Source: Imperialibacter sp.
Lineage (GTDB): Bacteria; Bacteroidota; Bacteroidia; Cytophagales; Cyclobacteriaceae
Length of the DNA stretch: 32,000 bases
Assembly (NCBI RefSeq): GCF_040222385.1
Contig: NZ_JAVKDF010000010.1
Coordinates: forward strand, 52,322 to 84,321
Reading direction: 5' to 3'
Shown: positions 8,211 through 16,313 of the stretch, in pieces
Numbering within the stretch: the first letter of the stretch is position 1
Layout: each line of letters begins with the position of its first letter
Notes under the pieces: model-generated
The model's input: the letters and a program-made list of their open reading frames with translations, nothing else
The model's database searches: none
What the model was told of the DNA's origin: nothing
Position numbers and translations under genes: made by a program

Positions 8211-9006
8211 TATATAGATTGTAGTGTCTGTCTAAAAAGTTTTCGTCATTTTCGATAACGTTGAATTTCTTTTCTTTGGATAATTCGTTGGTTAAATTAT
8301 TCAGGCTTTCGCTTTCTTCTTCTTCTGCTCTGATGACAGCGTCCGAATATTCAATACCCATCTTAATAAAACCTTCGTAATCTGCAGACTTAAGTGGATT
8401 CAACATGCTGTCCTCGATGTCAATCATTTTCACCTTTTCAAGCAGGTTGTCCCCAAACTTGAAAGAGAAAGCGTTGTCGTATATTGTCAAGACACACTTA
8501 GCCGTCTGAAAGATGGGATCATTCTTGTAAGTTGTTTTTACATACAAAGGAATCAGGCTTGTCATCCAGTCGTTGCAGTGGATAATATCTGGTGCCCAAC
8601 CCAATTTCTTAACCGTTTCGAGCACACCCTTGCAGAAGAAAATAGCTCTTTCATCATTATCGCTATAGAATTTATCTTCTTTGTCATGAAACACAGACTT
8701 TCTGTGGAAGTAATCTTCATTATCGATGAAGTATACCTGTAATTTAGCGTTCGGGATAGAAGCAACCTTAATAACAAGAGGCTTCTCCTCATCTCCCACG
8801 GCAATGTTAATGCCGGACAATCTTACTACTTCATGCAGTCTGTTTTTTCGCTCGTTGATCAACCCAAAACGTGGAACAAGAATCCTGATTTCCATGCCTC
8901 TTTCCTGCATCGCTTGCGGCAGTCTTCTCACGAATTCTGCTACTTGAGTTGTTTGAAGAAAGGGATTGATTTCGCTGGCTACGTATAGAATGCGAAGTTT
9001 TGCCAT
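8194..9006 (-). CDS. Half-length glycogen-synthase-like protein (GT5 N-terminal domain only)
   Basis: The ORF is 270 aa. It aligns to the GlgA N-terminus: ILYVASEINPF matches the GlgA start and HCNDWMTSLIP matches HAHDWHAGLAP. It has QTTQV where GlgA has KTGGL, and it lacks the C-terminal domain. Confidence 0.85.
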   Translation of the reverse strand: MAKLRILYVASEINPFLQTTQVAEFVRRLPQAMQERGMEIRILVPRFGLINERKNRLHEVVRLSGINIAVGDEEKPLVIKVASIPNAKLQVYFIDNEDYFHRKSVFHDKEDKFYSDNDERAIFFCKGVLETVKKLGWAPDIIHCNDWMTSLIPLYVKTTYKNDPIFQTAKCVLTIYDNAFSFKFGDNLLEKVKMIDIEDSMLNPLKSADYEGFIKMGIEYSDAVIRAEEEESESLNNLTNELSKEKKFNVIENDENFLDRHYNLYNELAG

Positions 9007-9019
9007 AAGAGTATTGATT

Positions 9020-9027
9020 TATATTTG
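9020..9027 (+). promoter_or_regulatory. Candidate -7 promoter box (TATATTTG) for panC
   Basis: It is an exact TAnnTTTG match on the plus strand in the divergent intergenic region. Confidence 0.4.
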
Positions 9028-9045
9028 ACGGAACAAAACGAGCCA

Positions 9046-9053
9046 CAAAAGTA
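9046..9053 (-). promoter_or_regulatory. Candidate Bacteroidota -7 promoter box (TACTTTTG) for the GlgA-like operon
   Basis: It is an exact match to TAnnTTTG on the minus strand, about 40 nt upstream of the start codon at 9006. Confidence 0.4.
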
Positions 9054-9134
9054 CAAAAAAATAACGTGCTTTCCATACATATTCCCTTTTATAACTTAGT
9101 TTTGCTGCCCTTTAGCTCACTCATAATCAGTGCT

Positions 9135-9992
9135 GTGGAGATAGTAACGTCCCCTGTAGAATGTCGAAAAAAGATACTTTCTCTGACTGTGGAGGGGAAA
9201 AACATAGGGTTTGTTCCTACGATGGGGGCCTTGCACGATGGGCACATGGAGCTGGTCAGACAAGCAAAGTTGTCCTGTGATTTTGTTGTGGTTAGCATCT
9301 TTGTAAATCGAACACAGTTCAACAACGAAGAGGACTTCAAGAAATACCCAAAGTCATTTGATAGTGATGCAGAGAAGCTGAGGCAGTCGGGATGTGACAT
9401 CGTTTTTGCGCCGGGAGATAGTGATATGTACCCTGGCACTCCTGAGGTGAAAATAACTTTCCCCCGCCTGCAAAAACCTATGGAGGGGCGCTATCGCCCG
9501 GGTCATTTTGAGGGTGTTGCCCTTGTCGTTTCGAAGCTGCTGCACCTGGTGCCGGCACAAAAGGCCTTTTTCGGCAGGAAGGATTGGCAGCAGGTGCTTA
9601 TTATTAAGCAGTTGGTCAGAGATTTACACTTCTTCTCAGAAATTATTTCTGTGCCGACAGTGAGAGAGCCAGATGGGTTGGCTATGTCTTCAAGAAATCA
9701 ACTTTTGAGTGAGAAGGAACGATCGTTGGCGGTGATTTTCAGCAAAAGCCTGTATATGGCGAGAGAAAAACTTCTTGCGGGAGAGAGTGTAGAGGGAGCA
9801 GTTGCTTCCGTCAGGCAAGCATTTGATCGCCTGCCGGAAGTAAGACTGGAATACTTTGAAATAGCGAATCGTGAAACTTTAGAGCCTGTACAAAGTGTTG
9901 AGACGAATATACCTGTTTCCTTGTTCATTGCGGGGTATGTGGGGGGCGTTCGATTGATTGATAATATCTTCCTTCAGGAAGAAACTGAATAA
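9135..9992 (+). CDS. panC: Pantoate--beta-alanine ligase
   Basis: It carries the motif [13 protein letters not shown]. The ORF track starts this ORF at GTG 9066, but that 23-aa extension is hydrophobic and unlike PanC. The in-frame GTG at 9135 leaves the same N-terminal length before VPTMG as in E. coli PanC. Confidence 0.92.
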   Translation: MEIVTSPVECRKKILSLTVEGKNIGFVPTMGALHDGHMELVRQAKLSCDFVVVSIFVNRTQFNNEEDFKKYPKSFDSDAEKLRQSGCDIVFAPGDSDMYPGTPEVKITFPRLQKPMEGRYRPGHFEGVALVVSKLLHLVPAQKAFFGRKDWQQVLIIKQLVRDLHFFSEIISVPTVREPDGLAMSSRNQLLSEKERSLAVIFSKSLYMAREKLLAGESVEGAVASVRQAFDRLPEVRLEYFEIANRETLEPVQSVETNIPVSLFIAGYVGGVRLIDNIFLQEETE

Positions 9993-9996
9993 GAAA

Positions 9997-10347
9997 ATGC
10001 AGATTGAAATTCTTAAGTCAAAAATTCACAGAGTTCGAATTACTCAGGCGGAGCTTCACTATGTGGGCAGCATCACAATTGATGAAGACCTGATGAAGGC
10101 TGCCAACCTTATTGAGAATGAGAAGGTGCAGGTCGTGAATGTTAACAATGGTGAACGCCTTGAAACCTATGTGATTAAGGGAGATGCCGGAAGTGGGGAG
10201 ATTTGCCTCAATGGGCCGGCAGCCCGAAAGGCGCAGGTAGGCGACGTCGTAATAATCATTTCCTACTGTCACCTGGATTTTGAAGAGGCTAAAGCTTTTA
10301 AGCCGACACTCATTTTCCCTGACGACAATAACAAACTAATCAGTTGA
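9997..10347 (+). CDS. panD: Aspartate 1-decarboxylase
   Basis: [29 protein letters not shown] contains the self-processing Gly-Ser site. The start is moved to the ATG at 9997, just after the panC stop; the track ORF begins at 9958, inside panC. Confidence 0.95.
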   Translation: MQIEILKSKIHRVRITQAELHYVGSITIDEDLMKAANLIENEKVQVVNVNNGERLETYVIKGDAGSGEICLNGPAARKAQVGDVVIIISYCHLDFEEAKAFKPTLIFPDDNNKLIS

Positions 10348-11369
10348 GAAAAACTATCACCAGTGTTGTCCGATACGTTTTAACCCTCGCCCTTGCCTTT
10401 GCTCTCCTTTGGTGGCTTTTTAAGGACATCGACCTGGATGACTTCATGTCACGGCTTAACAAGGTAGAATACGGCTGGGTGTACCTGTCTATTGGCATAT
10501 CTTTTTTTGGTTATTGGGTAAGGGCCTACAGATGGAACCTGCTGTTCAAGTCTCTTGATGTATCGGTTAGTACTTTCAGGCTATTTTTAGCAGTCATGGT
10601 AGGTTATTTGGCCAACATGGCGTTTCCCAGGATGGGGGAGGTTAGCCGATGTGCTATCCTCAGAAGGACAGACAACATCCCCATGTCTACCTCCATAGGC
10701 ACTGTGGTTACAGAGAGAGGGGTTGATCTAATCTCCCTCTTATCGGTGCTGGCAGGCGCTATGCTAGTCGAGTTTGGTAAAATATCGTCGTTGCTTGGCG
10801 ATATGTTCAGCAGACTATGGGCAGGGCTTTCGGCCACGCAACTAATCATTACGGTGGTGATTATTGCTACAGTGGTTGTTCTTATCTATTTTATGATCAA
10901 AAGGTTTCAAAAAATGCCGGCCTTTGCAAAGCTGAAGGAATTCCTCGTCAACCTGGGTCATGGTATCGGCAGCATAACTAAACTCAAGTCGCCTACTCTT
11001 TTTGTTCTCAGTACGGTGGCCATGTGGTTGAGTTACTTTTTCATGTCTTATGTAATCGTCTTTTCTATGGAGGAGACAGCATGGCTTGACTTAAAGGCAG
11101 GTCTGGTGCTATTGGCGATGGGTGGAATTGGCATGGCCATGCCAGTTCAGGGAGGAATTGGCACATATCATGCCTTTGTGGCAGGAATTTTACTGTGGTA
11201 TGGCATCGGAGAGCAAACAGGCGTATTTTTTGCTACACTGCTTCATACGTCACAGGTCGTAACCATCCTGGTGTTGGGAGGCGTATCGATTCTTGTGGCA
11301 GTGCTTTTACCAGTAAAGAACCAAATTGAAAACAGCGTCGAAAATCAAGGATCGGAAGGCGGCAAGTAG
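10344..11369 (+). CDS. Flippase-like / lysyl-phosphatidylglycerol-synthase-TM-domain family membrane protein (UPF0104)
   Basis: The ORF is 341 aa and polytopic, with the family-typical N-terminus [20 protein letters not shown]. Its TTG start overlaps the panD TGA. Confidence 0.78.
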   Translation: MRKTITSVVRYVLTLALAFALLWWLFKDIDLDDFMSRLNKVEYGWVYLSIGISFFGYWVRAYRWNLLFKSLDVSVSTFRLFLAVMVGYLANMAFPRMGEVSRCAILRRTDNIPMSTSIGTVVTERGVDLISLLSVLAGAMLVEFGKISSLLGDMFSRLWAGLSATQLIITVVIIATVVVLIYFMIKRFQKMPAFAKLKEFLVNLGHGIGSITKLKSPTLFVLSTVAMWLSYFFMSYVIVFSMEETAWLDLKAGLVLLAMGGIGMAMPVQGGIGTYHAFVAGILLWYGIGEQTGVFFATLLHTSQVVTILVLGGVSILVAVLLPVKNQIENSVENQGSEGGK

Positions 11370-11817
11370 CCAGGTCGCTAGTTGGCATGCCGAAGGGCTT
11401 TCAGTGGTGTTTACCAATGGATGTTTCGACATCCTGCACCTTGGTCATGTCGACTATCTTGAAAGGGCGAGGCAACTTGGCGACAAGCTGGTAGTGGCGT
11501 TGAACACTGATGCGTCGGTTCAGCGACTGAAAGGGCCGGAAAGGCCTATCGTGAATGAGGCATCCAGGGCCAGGGTAATGGCCGCTCTCGGTTTCGTCGA
11601 TTTGGTGGTCTTTTTTGATGAGGAAACGCCGAAAGAGCTGATCGAAGCCCTTCAACCAGATATTTTAGTGAAAGGCGGTGACTACACTGTTGAAACTATT
11701 GTAGGTGCCGATTTTGTTTTGAAGCACGGTGGAAAAGTTATTCCACTCCCATTGATAGATGGGTATTCTACTACTACATTTGTGAATAAAATTAAGCTAA
11801 ACGATAAAAACTTATGA
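11326..11817 (+). CDS. Cytidylyltransferase-like nucleotidyltransferase, RfaE/HldE domain II type (annotated in relatives as D-glycero-beta-D-manno-heptose-1-phosphate adenylyltransferase)
   Basis: The ORF is 163 aa with the motif [19 protein letters not shown]. Its TTG start overlaps the previous gene by 44 nt. There is no in-frame ATG upstream of the conserved core. Confidence 0.87.
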   Translation: MKTASKIKDRKAASSQVASWHAEGLSVVFTNGCFDILHLGHVDYLERARQLGDKLVVALNTDASVQRLKGPERPIVNEASRARVMAALGFVDLVVFFDEETPKELIEALQPDILVKGGDYTVETIVGADFVLKHGGKVIPLPLIDGYSTTTFVNKIKLNDKNL

Positions 11818-12506
11818 TGCTTCTTCTGATTGGTGTTGTGTTTATGATTATCAGCTGGTCGGTGAGTAACAAGCTGAAAAATAAATTCAAAAAGTACTCC
11901 CAGGTTGGGTTAGCCTCTAACCTTAGTGGCCGTGAAATTGCCGAAAAAATGCTGGCAGATCATGGTATATATGATGTGAAAGTGGTGTCGGTAGAAGGCC
12001 AATTGACGGATCATTACAATCCGGCCAGCAAAACTGTGAACCTGAGCCCCGATGTATATCACGGTCGGTCGGCAGCTGCAGCTGCGGTGGCTGCCCATGA
12101 GTGTGGCCACGCTGTTCAACATGCTACGGCGTATAGCTTCCTTGAGTTCAGGTCGGCAATGGTGCCAGTGCAGAACGTTACCGCCAGGGTAATGAACATC
12201 ATGTTTATGGCCATGCTGTTCGGTTCATTTTTCCTGCAAGGATTTATGCAAACAGGACTTCTGATTATTATAGGTTGTTACTTTGTATTCACCCTGTTTG
12301 CTTTCGTTACCCTCCCGGTTGAGTTTGATGCAAGCAGCAGGGCGCTGGCGTGGATCGACCGCAAAGGTATTGTGACTTCGAAAGAGCACGAAATGGCTAA
12401 AGATGCTTTGAAATGGGCTGCTATGACTTACGTGGTGGCTGCATTGTCGGCATTGGTTACGCTGTTTTACTTTATTCTGTCTTACCTGGGTATGAGCAGA
12501 GACTAG
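11814..12506 (+). CDS. Zinc metallopeptidase, YugP/Zn_peptidase_2 family (membrane)
   Basis: The ORF is 230 aa with an HECGHAVQH zinc motif and flanking TM segments. Its ATG overlaps the upstream TGA. Confidence 0.88.
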   Translation: MMLLLIGVVFMIISWSVSNKLKNKFKKYSQVGLASNLSGREIAEKMLADHGIYDVKVVSVEGQLTDHYNPASKTVNLSPDVYHGRSAAAAAVAAHECGHAVQHATAYSFLEFRSAMVPVQNVTARVMNIMFMAMLFGSFFLQGFMQTGLLIIIGCYFVFTLFAFVTLPVEFDASSRALAWIDRKGIVTSKEHEMAKDALKWAAMTYVVAALSALVTLFYFILSYLGMSRD

Positions 12507-12528
12507 TAAAATATTTCAAAGAAATGAT

Positions 12529-12560
12529 GGGGACTTGGGCATGGCTCAAGTCCTTTTTTG
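12529..12560 (+). terminator. Intrinsic terminator after the pan/YugP operon
   Basis: GGACTTG (12531-12537) pairs with CAAGTCC (12547-12553) and is followed by a T6 run. Confidence 0.65.
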
Positions 12561-12597
12561 TTTATTTTTAGCTCATACAATAACCCGCATACAACTT

Positions 12598-13743
12598 ATG
12601 ATGAATTTTGATTTGACCGAAGAGCAGCTGGCAGTAAGAGATGCCGCAAGAGATTTTGCACAGAACGAATTGCTTCCCGGAGTAATTGAAAGGGATGAGC
12701 ATCAAAAATTTCCGGCTGAGCAGGTCAAAATGATGGGCGAGCTTGGGTTCATGGGTATGATGGTGGATCCTAAATATGGCGGGAGCGGTATGGACACTGT
12801 GTCCTATGTGCTGGCCATGGAGGAAATATCGAAAATAGATGCCTCAGCTTCTGTTTGTATGTCAGTGAATAACTCACTGGTGTGCTGGGGTCTTGAAAAA
12901 TATGGTAACGAGGAGCAAAAGCAGAAATACCTTACAAGGTTGGCCAAGGGTGAAATAATCGGGGCGTTTTGCCTGTCAGAGCCGGAGGCTGGTTCTGACG
13001 CCACCTCTCAACGGACTACTGCTGAGGACAAAGGTGACTATTACCTGCTCAACGGAACGAAGAACTGGATCACGAATGGCAACAGTGCGTCGGTATACAT
13101 TGTAATGGCGCAAACGGATGCTTCCAAGGCTCACAAAGGAATCAACGCCTTGATAGTGGAGAAGGGGATGGAGGGCTTTGTTGTCGGCAAAAAAGAAAAC
13201 AAGCTGGGCATTAGGGGATCCGATACCCATTCGCTGATGTTTCAGGATGTGAAAGTGCCAAAGGCAAACAGGATAGGCGACGATGGATTTGGCTTTTCGT
13301 TTGCCATGAGTACGCTTAACGGTGGTAGAATTGGCATAGCTTCCCAGGCGCTGGGAATTGCATCCGGGGCCATGGAGCTGTCAATTGCCTATGCGAAAGA
13401 ACGTAAGGCTTTTGGGAAAAGCATCGCTGAGCACCAGGCCATCCAGTTCAAACTCGCTGATATGGCTACTGAAATTGAAGCTGCCAGGTTGCTTTGTCTC
13501 AGGGCAGCGCAATTAAAGGATCAGAAGGCTGATTTTAGTCAGGCAAGTGCCATGGCTAAACTTTTTGCTTCCGATGTAGCTATGAAGACGACGGTGGAGG
13601 CAGTGCAGATTCATGGCGGTTACGGTTACGTAAAAGAGTACCATGTTGAGCGGCTCATGAGGGACGCAAAAATCACGCAGATTTACGAAGGGACGTCAGA
13701 AATTCAGAAAATTGTAATTTCCAGAGGGTTGCTCAAAAATTGA
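12598..13743 (+). CDS. Acyl-CoA dehydrogenase (short/medium-chain, butyryl-CoA dehydrogenase-like)
   Basis: The sequence has ACAD features throughout, from MNFDLTEEQLAVRDAARDF at the N-terminus to YEGTSEIQ near the C-terminus. The track start at 12535 lies inside the terminator hairpin, so I use the ATG at 12598 (12601 is an alternative). Confidence 0.94.
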   Translation: MMNFDLTEEQLAVRDAARDFAQNELLPGVIERDEHQKFPAEQVKMMGELGFMGMMVDPKYGGSGMDTVSYVLAMEEISKIDASASVCMSVNNSLVCWGLEKYGNEEQKQKYLTRLAKGEIIGAFCLSEPEAGSDATSQRTTAEDKGDYYLLNGTKNWITNGNSASVYIVMAQTDASKAHKGINALIVEKGMEGFVVGKKENKLGIRGSDTHSLMFQDVKVPKANRIGDDGFGFSFAMSTLNGGRIGIASQALGIASGAMELSIAYAKERKAFGKSIAEHQAIQFKLADMATEIEAARLLCLRAAQLKDQKADFSQASAMAKLFASDVAMKTTVEAVQIHGGYGYVKEYHVERLMRDAKITQIYEGTSEIQKIVISRGLLKN

Positions 13744-13864
13744 GTTCCTTTTTAATTCATATTTGAGCTAGGTATTTTGTTATTAAATCATATTTGTATT
13801 AGTTTTATACAAATTCATTGTTAATTTTTTCTATTGCCACCCGCTCTCGCAAATTGTATGATTC

Positions 13865-14785
13865 ATGGAAGAGTATAATAAAATTATTGAATCTCTTAGT
13901 ATCAGATTTATTAAGGCACGCCACACCAATGTAATTCAGTCTGTTACGGTAGAGAATTTTTACGACGTTGAAAACACCATTTTTTTGGTTCACAAGGGGG
14001 TTTTGAAGTTTGGTAAGGACAAAGAAGAGGTGAATGCCGGCGAGGTGCTTTTTGTACCCGGCGGCAAAATGGCGTCTATCACTTATGGCTCAGGAAAGGC
14101 CATCAGCTTGTCTAATGACGACTTTTTGAACAACAAAGAGAAGTACCTGGAGAGTGTGAAGGGCTATAGTCAGGAGGAAGAAACGAGAGATAACTTTAGC
14201 TATATTACTTTCGAAGCAAAGGTATTCGACACTGTCAACTTTTTTGCATCGCTTGACATACCGCCGTTTGTAATGAAAGACGGAATGATGGGCTCATTGA
14301 TTCAGGACATCGTTGTTGAACACTTTTCCGGAAAGCTTGGTAGAGATAGAATTGTGAAGCTTGAAACGGATAGATTGGTTGTGCAGGCCATCAGGTATAT
14401 CATACAACACAACTTGTATGTAGAGCAGCTGGCCACTAACAGTAATTACTTCAAGGGCCCTCGCCTGATAGATATCTTTGCCTACATTAAGGATAATCTG
14501 GGTGACGACCTTTCCAATAAGATTTTGGCCAATGTTGCCAATGTTTCGGAGGATTATGTGGGGCAGTACTTCAAAATGCTGACCGGCATTAACCCACAGG
14601 ACTACATTGAGTACCAACGAATGGAAAAGGCAGTTAACCTTTTGCGAACCTCAAAGAAAAGCATCAGGGAGATAGGTAAGGATGTGGGATATAAAGACAC
14701 AGCTTACTTTTGCCGTCGTTTCAAAATGATGTTTGGAATACCTGCTGGTAAAATGAGAAGGAGAGAGTCTTTAATTAATGTTTAA
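13865..14785 (+). CDS. AraC family transcriptional regulator (cupin-like N-domain plus HTH_18)
   Basis: The ORF is 306 aa. The C-terminal AraC HTH pair spans VANVSEDYVGQYFKMLTGINPQDY to IGKDVGYKDTAYFCRRFKMMFGIPAGKMR. Confidence 0.88.
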   Translation: MEEYNKIIESLSIRFIKARHTNVIQSVTVENFYDVENTIFLVHKGVLKFGKDKEEVNAGEVLFVPGGKMASITYGSGKAISLSNDDFLNNKEKYLESVKGYSQEEETRDNFSYITFEAKVFDTVNFFASLDIPPFVMKDGMMGSLIQDIVVEHFSGKLGRDRIVKLETDRLVVQAIRYIIQHNLYVEQLATNSNYFKGPRLIDIFAYIKDNLGDDLSNKILANVANVSEDYVGQYFKMLTGINPQDYIEYQRMEKAVNLLRTSKKSIREIGKDVGYKDTAYFCRRFKMMFGIPAGKMRRRESLINV

Positions 14786-15538
14786 AGGCTTTTGATTGAG
14801 GTGATGAATTCGCTCCGATACCTCAATTAGTAGATCAGGATTTTCCTCTACGCTGTTTCCCAGGATAAGCATGTCGGCACCCGCATGAAGGGCTTGTATG
14901 GCCAAATGAACAGAGCTGATTCCTCCACCCACAATCAGCGGCACATTGATATTTTTCTTGACAGCAGTAATTACTTTGGGAGGAATAGGCGCCTCTGCTC
15001 CACTCCCAGCATCCATATAAATTGTTTGTAAGCCGAGCATTTCGCCAGCCATTGCAGTGGAAACAGCGATGCTTACCTTGTCGGTAGGAATGGGTGTGGT
15101 GTTGCTGATATAGCTCGCAGCAGTGGCATGGCCGCTGTTTACAAGCATGTATCCGACTGGTATTACCTCCAGGTGCGTTCTTTTTAAAATGGGTGCAGCT
15201 ATCACATGCTGGCCTATCAGATACTCCGGGTTTCTTCCTGAGATCAAAGAAAGGAAAAGAATGGCATCGGCATTGGAGTCTATTTGATAGTAGTTGCCTG
15301 GAAAAATGATCACCGGAATACTAGAATTTGCTTTGATGAGCTGGATGATCTGGCTAAAATTATTCTTGGTCATAAGACTGCCACCCACAAGAATATAGTC
15401 AACCTTATTTTCAACACACATGTTGATGACCCTAAGGCAAGCGCTGTTGTCCGACACCTTGTCAGGATCAATCAATATGCCCAGGGAACGTTTGCCTTCG
15501 TTACTCTTCTGTGTCAGTTGACTCAGTAGGTGGTTCAT
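14771..15538 (-). CDS. Geranylgeranylglyceryl/heptaprenylglyceryl phosphate synthase family protein (GGGPS/PcrB)
   Basis: The ORF is 255 aa. The TIM-barrel motifs appear in PcrB order: ILIDPDK, ILVGGS, IIFPGN, SLISGRNPEYLIG, YMDAGSGA, LIVGGGI and LILGNS. Confidence 0.85.
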   Translation of the reverse strand: MNHLLSQLTQKSNEGKRSLGILIDPDKVSDNSACLRVINMCVENKVDYILVGGSLMTKNNFSQIIQLIKANSSIPVIIFPGNYYQIDSNADAILFLSLISGRNPEYLIGQHVIAAPILKRTHLEVIPVGYMLVNSGHATAASYISNTTPIPTDKVSIAVSTAMAGEMLGLQTIYMDAGSGAEAPIPPKVITAVKKNINVPLIVGGGISSVHLAIQALHAGADMLILGNSVEENPDLLIEVSERIHHLNQKPLNIN

Positions 15539-15658
15539 TCGTCAGTATTCTTTTTTGAATATAATTTAAGCCAAATTGAAGTAAAACTCCCCAAAGAGCC
15601 GCCATGCTTTTGTTGAGCGTCAACTTAAAAAATGATTTTGGCGGTTTTTCAACAAGTT

Positions 15659-15889
15659 CTATTGGCTGGTCAGGGCTTTTTTTTTAAGATCCTCTTTCCT
15701 GGAAGAGGATGTGATAAGTCTGGCTATCTGGTAGCCGGCAAAAAGGACGCCGCCAATAATCAGTCCGGTTTTCAGCGCCCGGGATACATTTTGCTCAACT
15801 GAGTCGGTTCCGGATTGGAGTTTCTTTTTTGCCTTTCGCTCCATTTCCTGAAGTTGTTCCTTCCGCCTGGTAATATCCGCTTTACTCAT
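15659..15889 (-). CDS. Hypothetical small membrane-anchored protein (charged N-terminal helix plus one TM)
   Basis: I prefer the ATG at 15889, which overlaps the upstream TAA as ATGAGTAA, over the track's TTG at 15898. The TM segment is GLIIGGVLFAGYQIARLI. Confidence 0.55.
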   Translation of the reverse strand: MSKADITRRKEQLQEMERKAKKKLQSGTDSVEQNVSRALKTGLIIGGVLFAGYQIARLITSSSRKEDLKKKALTSQ

Positions 15890-16262
15890 CTTCTTCAATT
15901 GGTTTTTCTGTAAGGGCCTCCCTCTCTTTCACTGCTTTGGTAATCTGATTTTCAACAGCATCTTTCAGCTTGCCGGATTGGAGCAGATACACGAAAAAAA
16001 GCAATGCAAGAAGATAGAAGCACGTAACTGCGCCATACCCAAGGTAGGCGCTGTTCCAAAGATAGTTTAAAAAAGTACTCAGCGTAATGCTTCCAAAAAA
16101 CAGGAAGAACATAAAAACCGTGAGAATCAGAAACAGTGCTATTAGCTGAGCGAGAATTCCAGAGAGCTCTTCGATCATGTTTAGTTTGACGAGCTCTATT
16201 TTTATCCGCACATACTCAGTGACGGAATCTATCAATTCATCTATTTTCCAAAACTTTGACAA
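15882..16262 (-). CDS. Small membrane protein, phage-holin-family-like (DUF1469/Holin-X type)
   Basis: The ORF is 126 aa with two TM helices. Its TTG start is preceded by AGGAGG (16268-16273) with a 5-nt spacer. Confidence 0.62.
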   Translation of the reverse strand: MSKFWKIDELIDSVTEYVRIKIELVKLNMIEELSGILAQLIALFLILTVFMFFLFFGSITLSTFLNYLWNSAYLGYGAVTCFYLLALLFFVYLLQSGKLKDAVENQITKAVKEREALTEKPIEEDE

Positions 16263-16313
16263 AAATACCTCCTTTGGACTAAGCGTTCAAGGTATGAAAC
16301 TTTGATCAAACGG

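Noticed and set aside
9066-9134. The N-terminal 23-codon extension of panC given in the ORF track (GTG start at 9066).
   Set aside because: The extension (MLSIHIPFYNLVLLPFSSLIISA) is hydrophobic and unlike PanC. The in-frame GTG at 9135 reproduces the canonical distance to the VPTMG motif.
12535-12597. The N-terminal extension of the acyl-CoA dehydrogenase ORF (MGMAQVLFCLFLAHTITRIQL).
   Set aside because: It is encoded by the terminator hairpin and T-run of the upstream operon. ACADs begin close to the MNFDLTEEQ sequence found at 12598/12601.
13805-13993. A 62-aa minus-strand ORF overlapping the AraC start region. Another pair of roughly 73-aa ORFs on both strands lies at 17842-18066.
   Set aside because: These are AT-rich, low-complexity translations that overlap better-supported genes or promoter regions. 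They have no start-site context.
15599-15649. A CCGCCA...TGGCGG pairing followed by TTTTT on the plus strand, which resembles a terminator.
   Set aside because: The loop is about 34 nt and contains an inner GTTGA/TCAAC stem, and no plus-strand gene ends nearby. On the minus strand, downstream of the 76-aa gene, the stem is followed by only a weak U-tract. It is too ambiguous to call.
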